64,000 nucleotides of DNA, taken from the NCBI RefSeq assembly GCF_009914755.1, contig NC_060934.1; one strand, 5' to 3'. The DNA comes from the human T2T-CHM13v2.0 reference genome, Homo sapiens. A model generated the notes under the pieces. That model was not told the DNA's origin. It was given only the letters and a program-made list of their open reading frames with translations, and did not search any database. This document shows positions 36,897 through 50,900 of this stretch, one piece after another (the stretch's first letter is position 1; every line of letters starts with the position of its first letter). The translations under genes and the position numbers were made by a program.

Positions 36897-37893
36897 CCAA
36901 CTTACCTTAATTATAGTGATAATTAGATAATTCAGTAAATGAGAGCAGTACTTCAGAACTGAAGAGTTGGAAGCCAGCAGAACCTTTGAGGTACCACAGA
37001 GTAAACACAAGTATGCATGGTGCTTACTAAAAATGCAGACTTAAAGACCCTGCCCTGTACCTGTTGAATACAATTATTCAAAGTCATCTTCAATAATTCA
37101 CTTTCATATGCATGTTTCCTTATTTTGCCATTATCCCTGTTGTAAGCAGGACATAGCAGATCGTGAAGTACCATAATGGAAAAATATTATCTTCTATAAG
37201 TTAAACTAATTAAATGAACATATAGACAGTGGTAAAGGAACAGCTTATATACAGGAGCAGTTTTACCTCCATCAATCCATCTAAAGTATGTATGCAGATA
37301 ATGAAGGAGTTCAGCAGGACAAAAGTAGATGGCAACAGTGAATAGGGCTTAATGTTGAATATAGGAGATAGGGCCACATTGGTCACCAAAATGTTTCCAC
37401 AGGTATATGGCAGAGAGATTTCTTCAGGCTTCTCCACGGTCTGAGTTAAAATCAATGCAGTTATCCATTTGTCTTCGTTGTCACTCCTCTCATATCAGCT
37501 AAATTTCTGATTGCTAATAGATGTCATGGCTATCTTAATTTGGAGGTAGGAAGTGCTCTAGGAAGCACTATGACATTCTTCCCATTTAAAGCACATATCC
37601 TGCTCTGTAAATACGTGAACTGGAATGACTATAAATAAGCATTATCCATCAGCCTAGTGTGAATCTATCATTGAGCATCTTATTGTCCCTGGGTGAATTG
37701 GTTTCTGACATAAAAGAATGAGGATCTGACCTTGGTGTATAGAAGATGCACCCCATGGAGTCCATGGCAGCTGGTTGCCAGACTTCCCTCCTGTCACACT
37801 ATGGACCACACAGTATTCTTCAAAACATTTGTAATTAGCCTCCAACTGCCAATTTAAATCATTTTTCTTTGTATGTGACAATAGAAGGTAATA

Positions 37894-38115
37894 CAGTCAT
37901 CCTCAGTATCTGTAGTGGATTGGTTCCAGGGCCCCTGTGGATACTAAAATCCAGGGAAGCTCAAATCCGTTATATAAAATGGCACAGTACCTGCACATAA
38001 TCTATGCACATTTTCCATCATATTTTAAATCATTGCTAGATTATGTATAATACCTAATACAATGTAAATGCTATGTAAATAGCTGTTATACCGTGTTGTT
38101 TAGAAAATACTATCA
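37894..38115. mobile_element. MER2 (Tigger) fragment
   Basis: TA|CAGTCATCCTCAGTATC...GGATTGGTTCCAGG...TATAATACCTAATACAATGTAAATGCTATGTAAATAG. Confidence 0.85.
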
Positions 38116-38580
38116 ATTTTTGAAAAAAAATGCATAAAGTAAAACTTTCACAAAATACAATAAAAACCCATGAGGGAACCCCTATATAAGCTGGGAGTTT
38201 AAAAACCTTGTAAGTATGGCTAAAAATAAAGATATAATGAATGAGAAAGATGAACAGATGTTATTATAAACCCAATTTAGCTTATTAATTCTAATAGATA
38301 GATAATGGAAGCCAATTCACAGGAGTAAACCTAAGAGAAATGTTTAGAAATTAAAATTTTTGAGGACACTGAAAATATTCAAGATAATTGAAGGTAAATA
38401 GTAATGGAAAATGTAATTAGAAAGAGACCTAATAAGTTATAATAAGTAATTAGAAAGATTAAGCCTTGAAGCAGTAGTATAGAAATCTGCAACAGATTGT
38501 ATGCAATTTCAGCTTCATATGTATCTCCGCTAAAGTGGGAAGAACAAAATGAAGAAAAACTTGTTAAAATATGAATTTCT

Positions 38581-38904
38581 CTTTTATTTCCTTTCCTTTG
38601 CAATTTCTTATTATTATTTGAGACAGGTTCTTGCTCTGTCGCCCAGGCTGGAATACCGTGGCACGATGTTGGCTCACCACAGCCTCCGCCTCCTGGGCTC
38701 AAGTGATTCTCCCAACTCAGCCTCCTAAGTAGTTGGGACTACAGGCATGCACCACCACACCCTACTAATTTTGTTTATTTTTTATAGAGATGCAGTCTCA
38801 CTATGTTGCCCAGGCTGGTCTTGAACTCCTGGACTCAAGCAATCCTCCTGTTGCTCAGCCTCCCAAAGTCCTGGGATTAGAGGTGTGAGCCACTGTACCT
38901 GGCT
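38581..38904 (-). mobile_element. AluJ with degenerate tail and TSD
   Basis: J diagnostics (GGGCTCAAGTGA, GTCTCACTATGTTGCCCAGG); TSD AAAATATGAATTTCT (38566) / AAAATATGGATTCT (38905). Confidence 0.92.
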
Positions 38905-41900
38905 AAAATATGGATTCTAAAAGGTTAAAATAAACAAACATTACTTTCTTACAAATATAAGAGGGAGACTGTGTTTCAAAGATTTACTTAAGTAATTCAT
39001 TTATGGAACACCTGGAAGGAAATGTTGGTTCAAAGGAGTTTAGGAGAAATAAAGTTATTAATAGACACTGAAAGAAAGAATACTGAAACAATAATGTCAA
39101 AATCTATCCAATACTGGGTAATGTTCCACAAGACAATAAAATTGTAAACTTTGGGAATTGTCTTTTCTTAGGGAAAAAATTATTTTTATCTCTACAGGAC
39201 CAAAACCATTTTATTTACTATTTCACAAATACTATTTGCACCATTATCACTTTTCTACAAGTTAATATCAACCTTTACAGAGTTGTAAAATATCCTATAC
39301 AATAACAAAAAGTAAGTTAAGGAAAACTGCATAACCACTGATAAATTAATCTTTGAATGGGACTGTTAGACCCACCCACTAAGCTCTGGTAAAACACTGA
39401 AAGGATACTCCATTATAATTTTGTTTATTTCCAAATTTTTGAAATTTGTGTTTTTTTTAACAATCTATTTCAAGCATGAATAATAATCAATAAATATTTA
39501 AACACTGTATCTGTTTTTCTACACTCCAAGCTTTAGCGTCTTTTCAAGAAGCAGCTCTTTGATCTATTTACATTTTAAGATATTGAATAGTATCAGTCTA
39601 ATTATTGCTCTTGTGTATTTTGGCTTCTTCAAAAAATTATCATTTACAAGATAATTTAAAATTTGGAAAATAGATAAGTATTTTAAAAACTATATTTACA
39701 TCTCCCTAGCATTTATTATCTTCACTATTATACTAAGAACATGTATTTTTTATTTTAATACCTTTTGCACAAGATCATATAAAATGTAATAGCATTTTGG
39801 GAAAAACACAAAGCACACCAAAGCCATAATACAGGATTTATTCCCTTTAATAAAAGTATTAACTACACTAATAGAATCATATTATTGCTGACTTAATGCA
39901 TCTCTTATGAGCATCACACCAAAATACTTTATACTCAATAGAATGCTTAAATGCCTTAAGCACAGGAAGGATATTCAAAATGATAGCAGCTCTTTTAAAT
40001 GGCATACTTGTGAGGGGAAGAAGTGCAGTGACTAAATATGGTTTAGAAATTTCCACTTTAAGTTAAGGACATGAAGATAAAAAATTGTGACTTTCTAACA
40101 AGTATGTAGAGGTTTAATATGTATATGTATACATTAAATATTTCGTCAGTCTATATATGTGTATATAGTATATAATAGTAGACTACTACATACATATATA
40201 TAGACTGACCAAGTGTTCTGTAGCACTAATAAGCCAAGATAAAAAGGAATAAGATTCAGTTAAAAATATCTTAACTATTCATTAGTTAAAATCCTAAATA
40301 AAAGAAGGAATGCATATTAATAGAATGATTTGGGTTTTTTTTCTTGTTATGGCATCAATGTTTAAAATAATAAAGATGACAAAGTACAAGCTAGGTTTGT
40401 TTAATCTATTTCATTGGTTATAATCAAACTTCAAAAATCTAATCTTTCACAGTTTCTAAAGAATCAAGACATAGGGCCAAGCAGCTGGAAAGCGTATCAT
40501 TGATCAAAGGAGGAATGTAAATACATATTTGGGAGCAAAGTATTTCCATTTTCCTAACAGACTTGTTTTTTCATATCTCTTGGAAAACAGCATCTTCTCA
40601 TCCTTGGCATAAACTTTTTCCAGGTCAAGATCAGAGAATGGACCTATAGAAAAACTAGTCCTACCAAAAGGCTTTCCTTTGCCTTCATGACTTCCTCTTC
40701 AGACCACCAAGATTAGGAGTTTCTGCAGGGAAACTTAGAGACAAACCTTTATATATTTAACTCCAGCACTATAATTTTACATTAAAAGGGATGGATTTAC
40801 TTGATCTTTAAACAATATTACTATTAGCTAAAGAAACATACACATGCAGACACACTCATGCGTACACACACACACATATCAAGTTTAGAAAAATGTGCAA
40901 AACAAGTTTTTAGGGTAGGCTTATTCATATTTTTCAAACCATACTGAATTCATATTGGATGAAAGGCTTAGTAATAGTATCTGTAATCTGTTTATCTCCT
41001 TCCCCAGCTCTTCAGTTATTAAGATGGATTGTCAGCAATTCATTTTTATTAGGTTCCAATCTGGATGGCTCTGCTACTAGTGCATGTAGGTTTATATATG
41101 TATGGTTATGCATGTGTGATTGAACATTTGGTTATGGTTGTATAGATGTGTAGGTATTTGAGTGTATGGTTATATGTGGAGATGGGGGAGATTTTGGGGT
41201 GCGGGTGTGGGGTAGGAATGGGAAGTCCTACAGATGCTGTACTCTAGGTTGGTCCTTCACTTGAAATGCTACCTTTGCTTCACTCTCCCAGAAATATTCA
41301 ACAGTAAGACAATCAAGGACATTATATCCACTAAATTTCTTATTACTTGATCCAAATTAGTGCATTGCTCGCTCCCTCAGTGATAGAGTATATCTATCAA
41401 AAACTTCAGCTGAGATCCCCAAAATTAGATTTTACTTGACCATTTCTGTCCTTATAAAAGCCACCTCCAACTCTTAGAATTTTGATATTTCCAAAATCAT
41501 TTTCATTTTTCTCTTCCTCAGGTTTTCTTGGTGAATTTTGTAGCCAAAAAAGACAATTACCAGTGAACTTACAGAGTAAGCAAGGAACAGCAAATGTAGA
41601 ATTGGATGATGACTTCTCTGTAGGAATGGAGTTTGAATGTGTTCTAAAACTCTTTCATAAGAAAACCCTCAAAGTGGACTGAGGTAGCCAAGTATACCCA
41701 GAAGGGGCAGCCCATCATCCTTTCCATATGAGCAAGATGGGGATAATAATTGATTTTAGGCTATTGGTGGATACTTTTGTTCAAACTGTCTGATTTTAAA
41801 GCATTTTAGAATTCATATCCTATAGGTATAGAAAAATCAACAGAATGCCTGACTTGAAAAAAATATCAAATAAAAATTGGCAAAAGGAGGGTGAAGCCTC

Positions 41901-41932
41901 TATCTTCTACAACTTGTTCATTTCCCCTTTCT

Positions 41933-42086
41933 TCTTTCACATTTATAATTTTATTTTATTTTTAATTTTTTATTATTTATTTTGTGGGTACATAGTAGGT
42001 ATATATATTGATGGAGTACATGAAATGCTTTGATATAGGCATGGAATAAATACTTGAGGAGATGGATACCCCATTCTCCGTGATGT
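41933..42086 (-). mobile_element. Very short L1MA (MA2-4-like) 3' end with 5' inversion
   Basis: TTTGTGGGTACATAGTAGGTATATATATT 3' end; 42044-42086 in the opposite orientation; TSD TTTCCC(C)TTTCT. Confidence 0.8.
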
Positions 42087-42457
42087 TTGCTTTCCCTTTC
42101 TAGGTGAACTTACCCTATGAAAACATTGAAGATCTTATTTTTTTTCTCTCTTCCACTTTATGAATTCAGTCTATCTAGTAAACACACTCATATCAATATG
42201 TTAGAAACCATCAACACAAAACACATTACTGACAGCAGAATTTCAGTGCCTGTCTGTATGCTATTTTTGACATAAATGACATATTTTCCATGGATGAGGT
42301 TACTTGTGCAGAAGAATCACTTTTTAGATTTGAAATAATATCTTAATCCTTTTGAGATAGAAAAAAATATTTTTAAAATGAGATTTTTGGCACTTGAAAT
42401 TTTCTAACTAGAATTTTCCTATAATCTTGCTCCCATATTGGACTGGCATAGATTAGG

Positions 42458-42680
42458 TGAGTCAGTCTGTTAGGGTTTGAATCTAGGCTTCTTCTCCTAC
42501 TGTCCCTGTGACTTTGAGTTCAAAATTATTTAATTACAAGTCATTTAAGCTTTTTGTTTCTCAGCTTTCCTCAATGTAGAATGGAGCTATAATAATGTCC
42601 TACAACATAGGGTTATTATGAGAATTAAATGTGACAATATTTGCAAAGAGCTTGGGACCCTGCCAAAAATATAGTAAAAT
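42458..42680 (+). mobile_element. MIR SINE
   Basis: GAGTCAGTCTG..GGGTTTGAATCTAGGCT...CATAGGGTTATTATGAGAATTAAATG. Confidence 0.75.
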
Positions 42681-42942
42681 GTACATAATGGATTGATTAA
42701 TAAACTTTCAAATGACTGACTTGGAGCTGGCTAATAAAATTGTCAAAAATTTTATAAATTTTGATGGTAAAAACACATTAGCATCGCAATGTAAAACAAA
42801 AGGAAACTGTCTTAATAATTTCATTTAAAGAATGTTCTTCCTATCAAACTACTAAAACTAAAATAAGAAATTGTGTATAATGCTGCTAAATTGCAACAGG
42901 GTATTGGAGTGGGAATCCAGAGGCTGGTGGCTAGTACATTAT

Positions 42943-43708
42943 TGATACTGGCTTAAAGGGGTAGGGAAGTGCTGGGCAGAGAAGGGTGGGGTCCCTGGTG
43001 AGGGCTCCACCCTCAGGCCTGTGCCCACGGACCTAAGTAAGGACAGACACTTCTGTTTTCGGGCCCAAATATTGCATTTTCCAAGACCACCCTGACGCAC
43101 CATGCCCTCATCCCGTGCCTATAAAAACTCCGAGAACCTAGCGGGAACAGACACAAGTGGATGGACATCAAGAGGAACACGCTGGCAGATGCCAGCAGGC
43201 CATCGATGGTGGAACAAAGTGGACTCCGAGGGAAATTCGGCCTAGGACAGTGGGAGGAGAGCCCGGCCACTGAGCAGCAGGATTCCAGGGGAACACCACC
43301 TTCTGGCTGCCATCCATCTGCTGAGAGCTTCCACCACTCAATAAAACCTTGAACTCATTCTCCAAGCCCACATGTGATTCAATTTTTCTGGTACACTAGG
43401 GAAGGAACCCTGGGATACAGAAAGCCCTCTGTCCTTGCAATAAGGCAGAAGGTCTAATTGAGCTTATTAACACAAGCTACCTGCAGATGGGAAAGCTGAA
43501 AGAGCACACTGTAACACACGCTCACTGGGGCTTCAGAAGCTGTAAACACAACCCTAGACGCTGCACGTGAGGTCGGAGCCGACACTTCTTAAGACCTACC
43601 CATCTGCCTGTTCCCCCTAGGAGTTTGAGCTGCAGAGCACGTAAGAAGCAAGCCACACCTCCATTGCACGCCCTGCAAGCAGGATAAGGGAAAACTCCTC
43701 CGGTTTCA
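42943..43708 (+). mobile_element. Solo LTR, LTR1 family (different subfamily from 2183-2938)
   Basis: TGATACTGG...GGGAAGTGCTGGG...CCTATAAAAA...CAATAAAACCTTG...CTCCTCCGGTTTCA. Confidence 0.88.
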
Positions 43709-44699
43709 GTATTGCTGCTGATCATCTAAGCTGCTCAGTAAGTCTTTTGAGCTTGCTGGATTTCAGCTGCTTTATCCTTTAAAGGACAGTTAAGAAAGTA
43801 AAAATTTTTATAAGGCTAAATCATATAGAAATTACAGAAACTTCATTCTAAATATAACTTTAGAAATCACGTCATCCACACCAGTCTCCCCCATCCAAAA
43901 TTAGAAAGAAGAAGAAAATCTAGAAAGAGAAAATAATTTGCCGCAATTACCTGTAATACCATCTCTCCCCACCCCACCGTGGAAGTGACACAGTTAATAT
44001 TCACAGCCCAGACTCTACAGGTGGATTGCTGGCCTCATTAGTTCATTTAAGAACATCTGAATCTAAGTTCATTATACAATACTGTGCTTGTGGAAGGCCC
44101 ACTTTTCTAACATCCATCCAAAGAGAACTTTAAAATATTTAACTGGTAGAAGGTTTATGTTAAGGAAATAAAAACAGGGTTGCTGCATGTACACAAAATG
44201 AAAAAGGAATATATTCTAGGAACTAGTTTGGAATTAGATTAGTAAGATTTGCATTCAAACGAGGGTAGCAGGATTTTTCTCAGCGCTTTATTTCCTCACC
44301 AACTTAAGGTCTAATACATATAGAAACTGCTGGATATTAAGGAGTTTCCTGTAGCCCCAAATTGCCTGTCATCAAATCAAAGCAGTTTGTACATAAGAAG
44401 ATTGCCTTACAACAAGTGAAAATTTAAAGCATTATCTTTTGTTTAAATAACTTAGTAGAAGAGCTAGTTTTTATGTAATTATTTGTACAATCAATAAATG
44501 TTTTTAAAATACATATTTAAGTTTTAAAGGCAAGGAGTGGGAAAATAAGCTAGATTTAATTTAGTCTTGTAGTCTTTTACTTTCAGATTTAACTGTAGTT
44601 CAAAATTGTCTATCTAAAAATTTGCTTTTATGTTTGATAAATTGATTAAGACATATTGAGCAAGAATAAATTGATGTACTATGTGGAAAGCTTATATCA

Positions 44700-44930
44700 C
44701 TAATATGTAAACAACTGGATTGTGACTCAGTCTGTCTGAGTTCAGATTCTGTTTTCATAATTTACTAGTTCTATGCCTTTGAGTGAATCACTTTACCTAC
44801 CTTTGTCACAATTTCCTTGTATAAAAAATGAGGATATTTCTAGAAATATTACAAGGGATAATGCATGCATATGAATCACCTACGAAGATTTGTGTCAGAC
44901 ATTTCATAGCTCTCAAAAAATGTTATATAT
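44700..44930 (+). mobile_element. MIR SINE
   Basis: GACTCAGTCTGTCTGAGTTCAGATTCTG...AATTTCCTTGTATAAAAAATGAGGATA. Confidence 0.6.
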
Positions 44931-47924
44931 TATGTATACATGCATTACATTTTTTAATAACAAAATGTCAATACATTCACAGAAATTAGAATTTATTAAT
45001 TTCAAAATATTTACTACATTTCTACAAGATTTTATTTTCTAAAAGTTCTATGACCTTGCTCTTTGTTGGAGGGTCATGTATCTGTGGCTGTGATTCCAAT
45101 AACTACTAGTCTGCTTGTGGTAATAGCCATTCTGATAGATGTGAACAGTGTTGTGTATATCTACATATTTGTCCTATTTAGCTATGGAATAAATTCAATT
45201 CCTATTATTTCTACACATACACTTTCTTGATTGTTTTTCCCATATTATTCGGTGGCTTTTGCACTGAGAGCAAACACAGCTGACAGTATGGTCTACTCTT
45301 GCAGATGCAGCCCAGAGTATTTGTCTTCTAATGGGCTCGTGGTTAAAGGAGTAAGAGGAAGAGAAGGGGCAAAGTGGTAAGGTACTGGCTTCATCACCAC
45401 CTACAGAATTCAGTACTTTTCATTCTAGCCTACTGGGAGCATTAACTTGGGCACTTGTATATATGTGCACACACACACACCTACCCCTGAATGCAACACT
45501 CTGTCACAGAGATCTAAGGGAAATTACATTTTGTAAGGAAAAGACTACAGAAATTTTAGAATATTATTTGAGTCAACTACAATATTTTCTTTCCTTTTCT
45601 TCCTTTAAGTGATCAGAAAGCGGTCGAATTAGTTGATATAATAGTAGAGCTATAATAAAACATTTAAGCAGAGTTAGCTTTAAAGGCAAATAGGATAAAC
45701 AGATATCCGTGTGATATAAAAGACAAAATGAAGAATTATTTTTCCCAATTCATTCAGCATTATAACTGAAATTCCATCATCACAGTCTCATTCCCTGAAT
45801 TCCTAGGAATAATCAAAATGTATAGGTTCTTTAAATGGTAGAATGTGACACCATTCTTCAAATTTTTAGTGTGGGCAAGTTCAAGAAAAAAATTTACTAT
45901 CATGAGATCAAGTTTTGTAGCAATGATAAACAAGATTAGGACTTTTGAGAAGCAAATATACCACTAAAGTCAAAGTCTGCCACTTCTAGATTACTTAGGA
46001 AGATAAGTTTCATAGGACACATAATAAGACCTATTTGGGAATCTAGAATTCATGGAAGAGGGGCTTGTATTAAGGAGAGAATTTCTGAAAGGCAAAGAAA
46101 AGTATCCATTGCCCAACTTTGCCATCTATATCATTTACCTTTATATATAGGCTACTGACTTTATATACAGGCTTTATATGTAAGCTAAACATGTAAGTAT
46201 GGGGATATATTGTCCATATCTTTTTAGCAATCATAAAGTCGGACACGTGATCTCTGATACCATTCAAGAACAAGTGTAGAAAGGGAATTATTTTCATCAT
46301 AACAATAAAGTGTTACTACTACCTTCACCCTGAGAGGGAAAACAGCTTGAATTGTCTTTCTTGAGAATTATTTCAAATACCTCTTGAAACATTAATGATA
46401 TAATGTCTGATATAATAAAACCAATAAATGTCTGGGTTGGGAGCTGGGAGGACTCAGGGAGCTACTTTTTCAGAAAAGTTAACATGTCTCCTTAGTAAGA
46501 TTTTATGTTTCATTGGGTTTACCCACATCACTGAGGCTTTGGAAAACATTGGCACATTCACTAATAATAGATGATTTTAGCTTAATTATTTTCAGCCTTT
46601 TTTTCACTTTCTTACTGACACTCCACTCACACCAGTAATCGAAACTTGAGTTCTAAAGGCTTTATTTCTGAGACAGGCTAGGAGAAGTCAAAGGACAATG
46701 AAACTTAAGGCTTACAAGCAAGGAACCAAAGTATTCAAGGTTGAATTACTGGTTATTTTCACACACATGTATGTTATTGAAGAAGAAATGAACTTAAAAC
46801 TTTACCAATTTACATTAAAAGAGAAAACATCTTTTAAAATGTAGTACCTATTTAATCATTATCTAAAGACTGGCCTGGATTTTATGACTACAAATTTGAT
46901 TATTCTGAAAGTCAATATACCAAACACTAGTGAATTTAAACAATTTATCATATGGTATTTCCTCATAATAAGTCTCTTCCATATTTCTTTATTTTGAAAT
47001 AAAATGGCATTTCAGCTAGCTATTACTTATTTATATTACTTTGATTATAACAAAGCTTTTTCTTATTTGTATTTATTTACTAATTTATGAAACTCATGAG
47101 CCAAATACCAAATATTAGATTATACAGAGCACCTGGAAATTTTTCTCTTATTGATCTAAAAATCAATTAATTAGAAAGGATTTCATTCATGGATTATTTT
47201 TGAAACAAAATGTAGCTCTTTCTCTCTAAAGAGGCACTTGACTGACGGAATCAGAGAGGTGGGTAATACCAATCATATTCAGACGAGACCTACTTGGCTA
47301 GGATATATTCAGTGGCCTGGGAAGGTAATTTCTTTTCAGTGGGAAATCTAAAAAGTGACAGGAAGTGATCATATAAGGAGATATTCTTGAAGTAATGTTG
47401 AAGAGCCTTCCAAGCTATGAGAAAGAATTTTTCTCCTCAAAGGTCAATATCCTCCCAGGCCAACAAAACAGAATTTTTACCTTGGTTTCTCAGATTTAAA
47501 ACAACCATCATTCCAGTGTTTTTCTTTCATCTTCTGTTTTCTTATTTCTCCCTTTTTATGTGACTTTTTAGTCCAGACCATGATATTCAAATGTTTAAAT
47601 CTCTCAAAAACTTTTCTTTTTTTCCTTTTGAATGAAATTTGTGTTTTATTTGTTTGTTTGTTTTTACAGTAATGCATTTTGTAAACTATTGGCAAAGCAA
47701 AATTGTAGTATCAATAAGGGGAAAGTAAGTTTCTGGATTTCAGGGAAGGAAGTTTAACTGTACTCAACCTTCGGTTTTTTTTTCAAGGGCATATTATTAG
47801 CTTGAGAATGATCTTAGTTCTTGGCTTCTCTCCCGTTTCATGGGATAAAATTGAAGGATAAAAATGATTAAATATCCTCAACCAAAAGAAGGTAAGAACA
47901 TAAATTAAGATTTAAAATTTTTCT

Positions 47925-50900
47925 AACTTCTGGTAAAGGCAAAATGGGTGATATAACCCATTTGAATAACCCTCATGCCTATAAAAATGATAAAACGCTG
48001 GACAAAACTTGTATAAATCAAATGCAATACCTGTGTAAATGTAACATAATAAAACATTGCTACTGTTGGAAATAACATAATTACTTCACTCTGTTATTAT
48101 TATTGTTTCAAAGCATTTTAACGGTATCAAAGGCAAACCAAAACTGAAGGGATTTTGACCCTGGAAAGCAAGATTTTTACCCATACAAGGTGAGATTTAT
48201 GTTTATACAGTTTTTCTTCTGAAGGAACTGTTTTTTTCCAGCAACAAATTAAACTCACTTAGAAAGCTATAATCCTTTTTAACTGAGGAATTAGAGAGAA
48301 GCTAGATTTTGGGGCTTCCCATAGTGATAAGGTATCCCTAATATCTTTGCCCACAATCTATTTAAAACCTTGACTCTGTTAATTCACCTATGCATGAGAT
48401 GAGACTTTGGAGATTTCAGGGCAAAAGCACAGCTCTCTAACTGAAAAACATGAGCAGAGGTATTTGCCAATGGCTAATGCAGTAGGACACAATTTCCAAT
48501 TTGATTCCTTTCATGCCAGAGGCTCATTAAATTCTTACAGCTTTCTGTTGCTATCCTAGATAGGCCAACTTCAGTAATAAAGACTAATTTTGTGGACTAA
48601 GAAATTTTCCCAGAACTAAGAACAAAACAGTAGTTAACCTGTCCTAACAATTTAGTGAAATCTACATTTCGAAATATAAATGTAATCCCAGTAATGTAAG
48701 GGCCTGAGAGGAAAAAAGAGTCAACATGTTTGAAGAGCAATAAAATAATTCAGAGTGTACATACTATGCACAAAGTCTAAAATACAAGAGCATTTCTAGA
48801 CATGTATAGCATCAGGGAAAGATAAATTAGGTAAACAGGAAATCCAGTCAATAATAAAAAATCCACAGATAAAGTACATATTGGAATTAATAGATAAAGC
48901 CTTTGAACCATCTATGCTAAATATTCAAGAAAGTAATGGGAAGGACTGATATGCTGGAAAAAAGATGAGTGATTTTAGGAGGTACCTGAAAACTATGTTA
49001 AATGAAAAACTAAAATCAGCGCTTACAATTGAAAAATGAAATATACTAATGATTTAAATAAATGGCAACTTGGATGAAAAAAAGAAAGGACCAGAAAATT
49101 TGAAGAAAAACAAATATAGGAATAATTCAAATGGAAGCACAGATGTAAAATAAATATAATAAAAATGAATTCAATAATTCAATGAATTTAATTAAATTCA
49201 GAGATTCAGTGACCATTTTTAAGTGGCTGAATCTACATGTAACTGCAGTCTCAGAAGGACAGAGTAGGGAGAAGTTTGGACTGGAAAAATTTTAAAAATA
49301 TTCTTCAATGACTTAAAATATTGATTAGAAGAGTCAACTCAGAAGTGGGATAAATAGAGAATACACACACACACATACACGCCCCACACACATGCACACA
49401 CACAAACTCATATGTATATACACACATACCCTGAGGTAAATGATAGTCAAATTGCTCAAAAACAAGGATAAAGAAAAATTCTTAAAAGCAATCATAGAAA
49501 AACAAATGATACATCAGTAGTATAAAATGCAAACAGAATCAATGTCTAAACTGAAACAATAGGAGCCAGAAGACAATGGAAAAACATATTTAGAAAAGTA
49601 CACAAAAGCAAGACAAGCTGTTAACCTAGTGGAACTGCAGAAGACACACTAAAGGCATGTTGATACAAACCAAAGTTTAGATAATTTATTTTCAATTTTT
49701 TGCTGACAAAAATGTTAGGGTACATTTTTCAAGTTTGAGAAAATAATTACGTTATGGATATTTGATAAGAATACAGAGCCTTAGAAATGATGATTTGTGG
49801 ATATGTATAAAAATACTTTTTCATAAGTTCTTTAAGATTCAATTGGATGTTTAAAGAAAAATAGTTTTCCTGTGGAGTTTAAAGGCTATTTACAAATAAA
49901 ATATATGACAACAATAGCCAAAAGTGGAAGAGTTTTTAAGTTGGATTAGAATCGTCGAAGATTCTTATATTTTTGTGAAATGTAATATTATTAATTCAAT
50001 ATAGACTGTAAAAAGGTAAAAACGCATATTAAAATCCCTGAAAAAATCAATAGCAATACAAAAACTATAGCCAAGCAAAATGGACAAAGACTTCATGACT
50101 AAAACACCCAAAGCAATGGCAACAAAAGCCAAAATTGACAAATGGGATCTAATTAAACTAAAGAGCTTCTGCACAGCAAAAGAAACTATCATCAAAGTGC
50201 ACAGACAACCTACAGAATAGGAGAAAATTTTTGCAATCTACCCATCTAAAAAGGGCTAATACCCAGAATCTACAAAGAACATAAACAAATTTACAAGCAA
50301 AAAACAAATAACCCCATCAAAAAGTGGGCAAAGGATATGAACAGACACTTCTCAAAAGAAGACATTTATGTGGCCAACAAACATATGAAAAAAAGCTCAT
50401 CATCACTGGTCATTAGAAAAATGCAAATCAAAACCACAGTGAGATACCATCTCACGCCAGTTAGAATGGCGATTACTAAAAAGTCAGGAAACAACAGATG
50501 CTGGAGAGGATGTGGAGAAATAGGAATGCTTTTACACTGTTGGTGGGAGTGTAAATTAGTTCAACCACTGCGGAAGAAAATGTGGCAATTCCTCAAGGAT
50601 CTAGAATCAGAAATACCATTTGACCCAGCAATCCCATTACTGGGTATATACTCAAAGGATTATAAATCATTCTACTATAAAGACATATGCACACATATGT
50701 TTATTGCAGCACTGTTCACAATAGGAAAGACTTGGAACCAACCCAAATGTCCATCAATAATAGACTGGATAAAGAAAATGTGGCACATATACACCATGGA
50801 ATACTACACAGCCATAAAAAAGGATGAGTTCATGTCCTTTGCAGGGACATGAATGAAGCTGGAAACCATCATTCTCAGCAAACTAACACAAAAGCAGAAA

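Noticed and set aside
36930-37120. Possible MER5B-type fragment
   Set aside because: Only AAAATGCAGA and weak flanking similarity; not supportable without a search.
50337-50852. 171-aa ORF as a functional gene
   Set aside because: It is the L1 ORF2p C-terminus in a 5'-truncated copy, with upstream stops and a premature stop.
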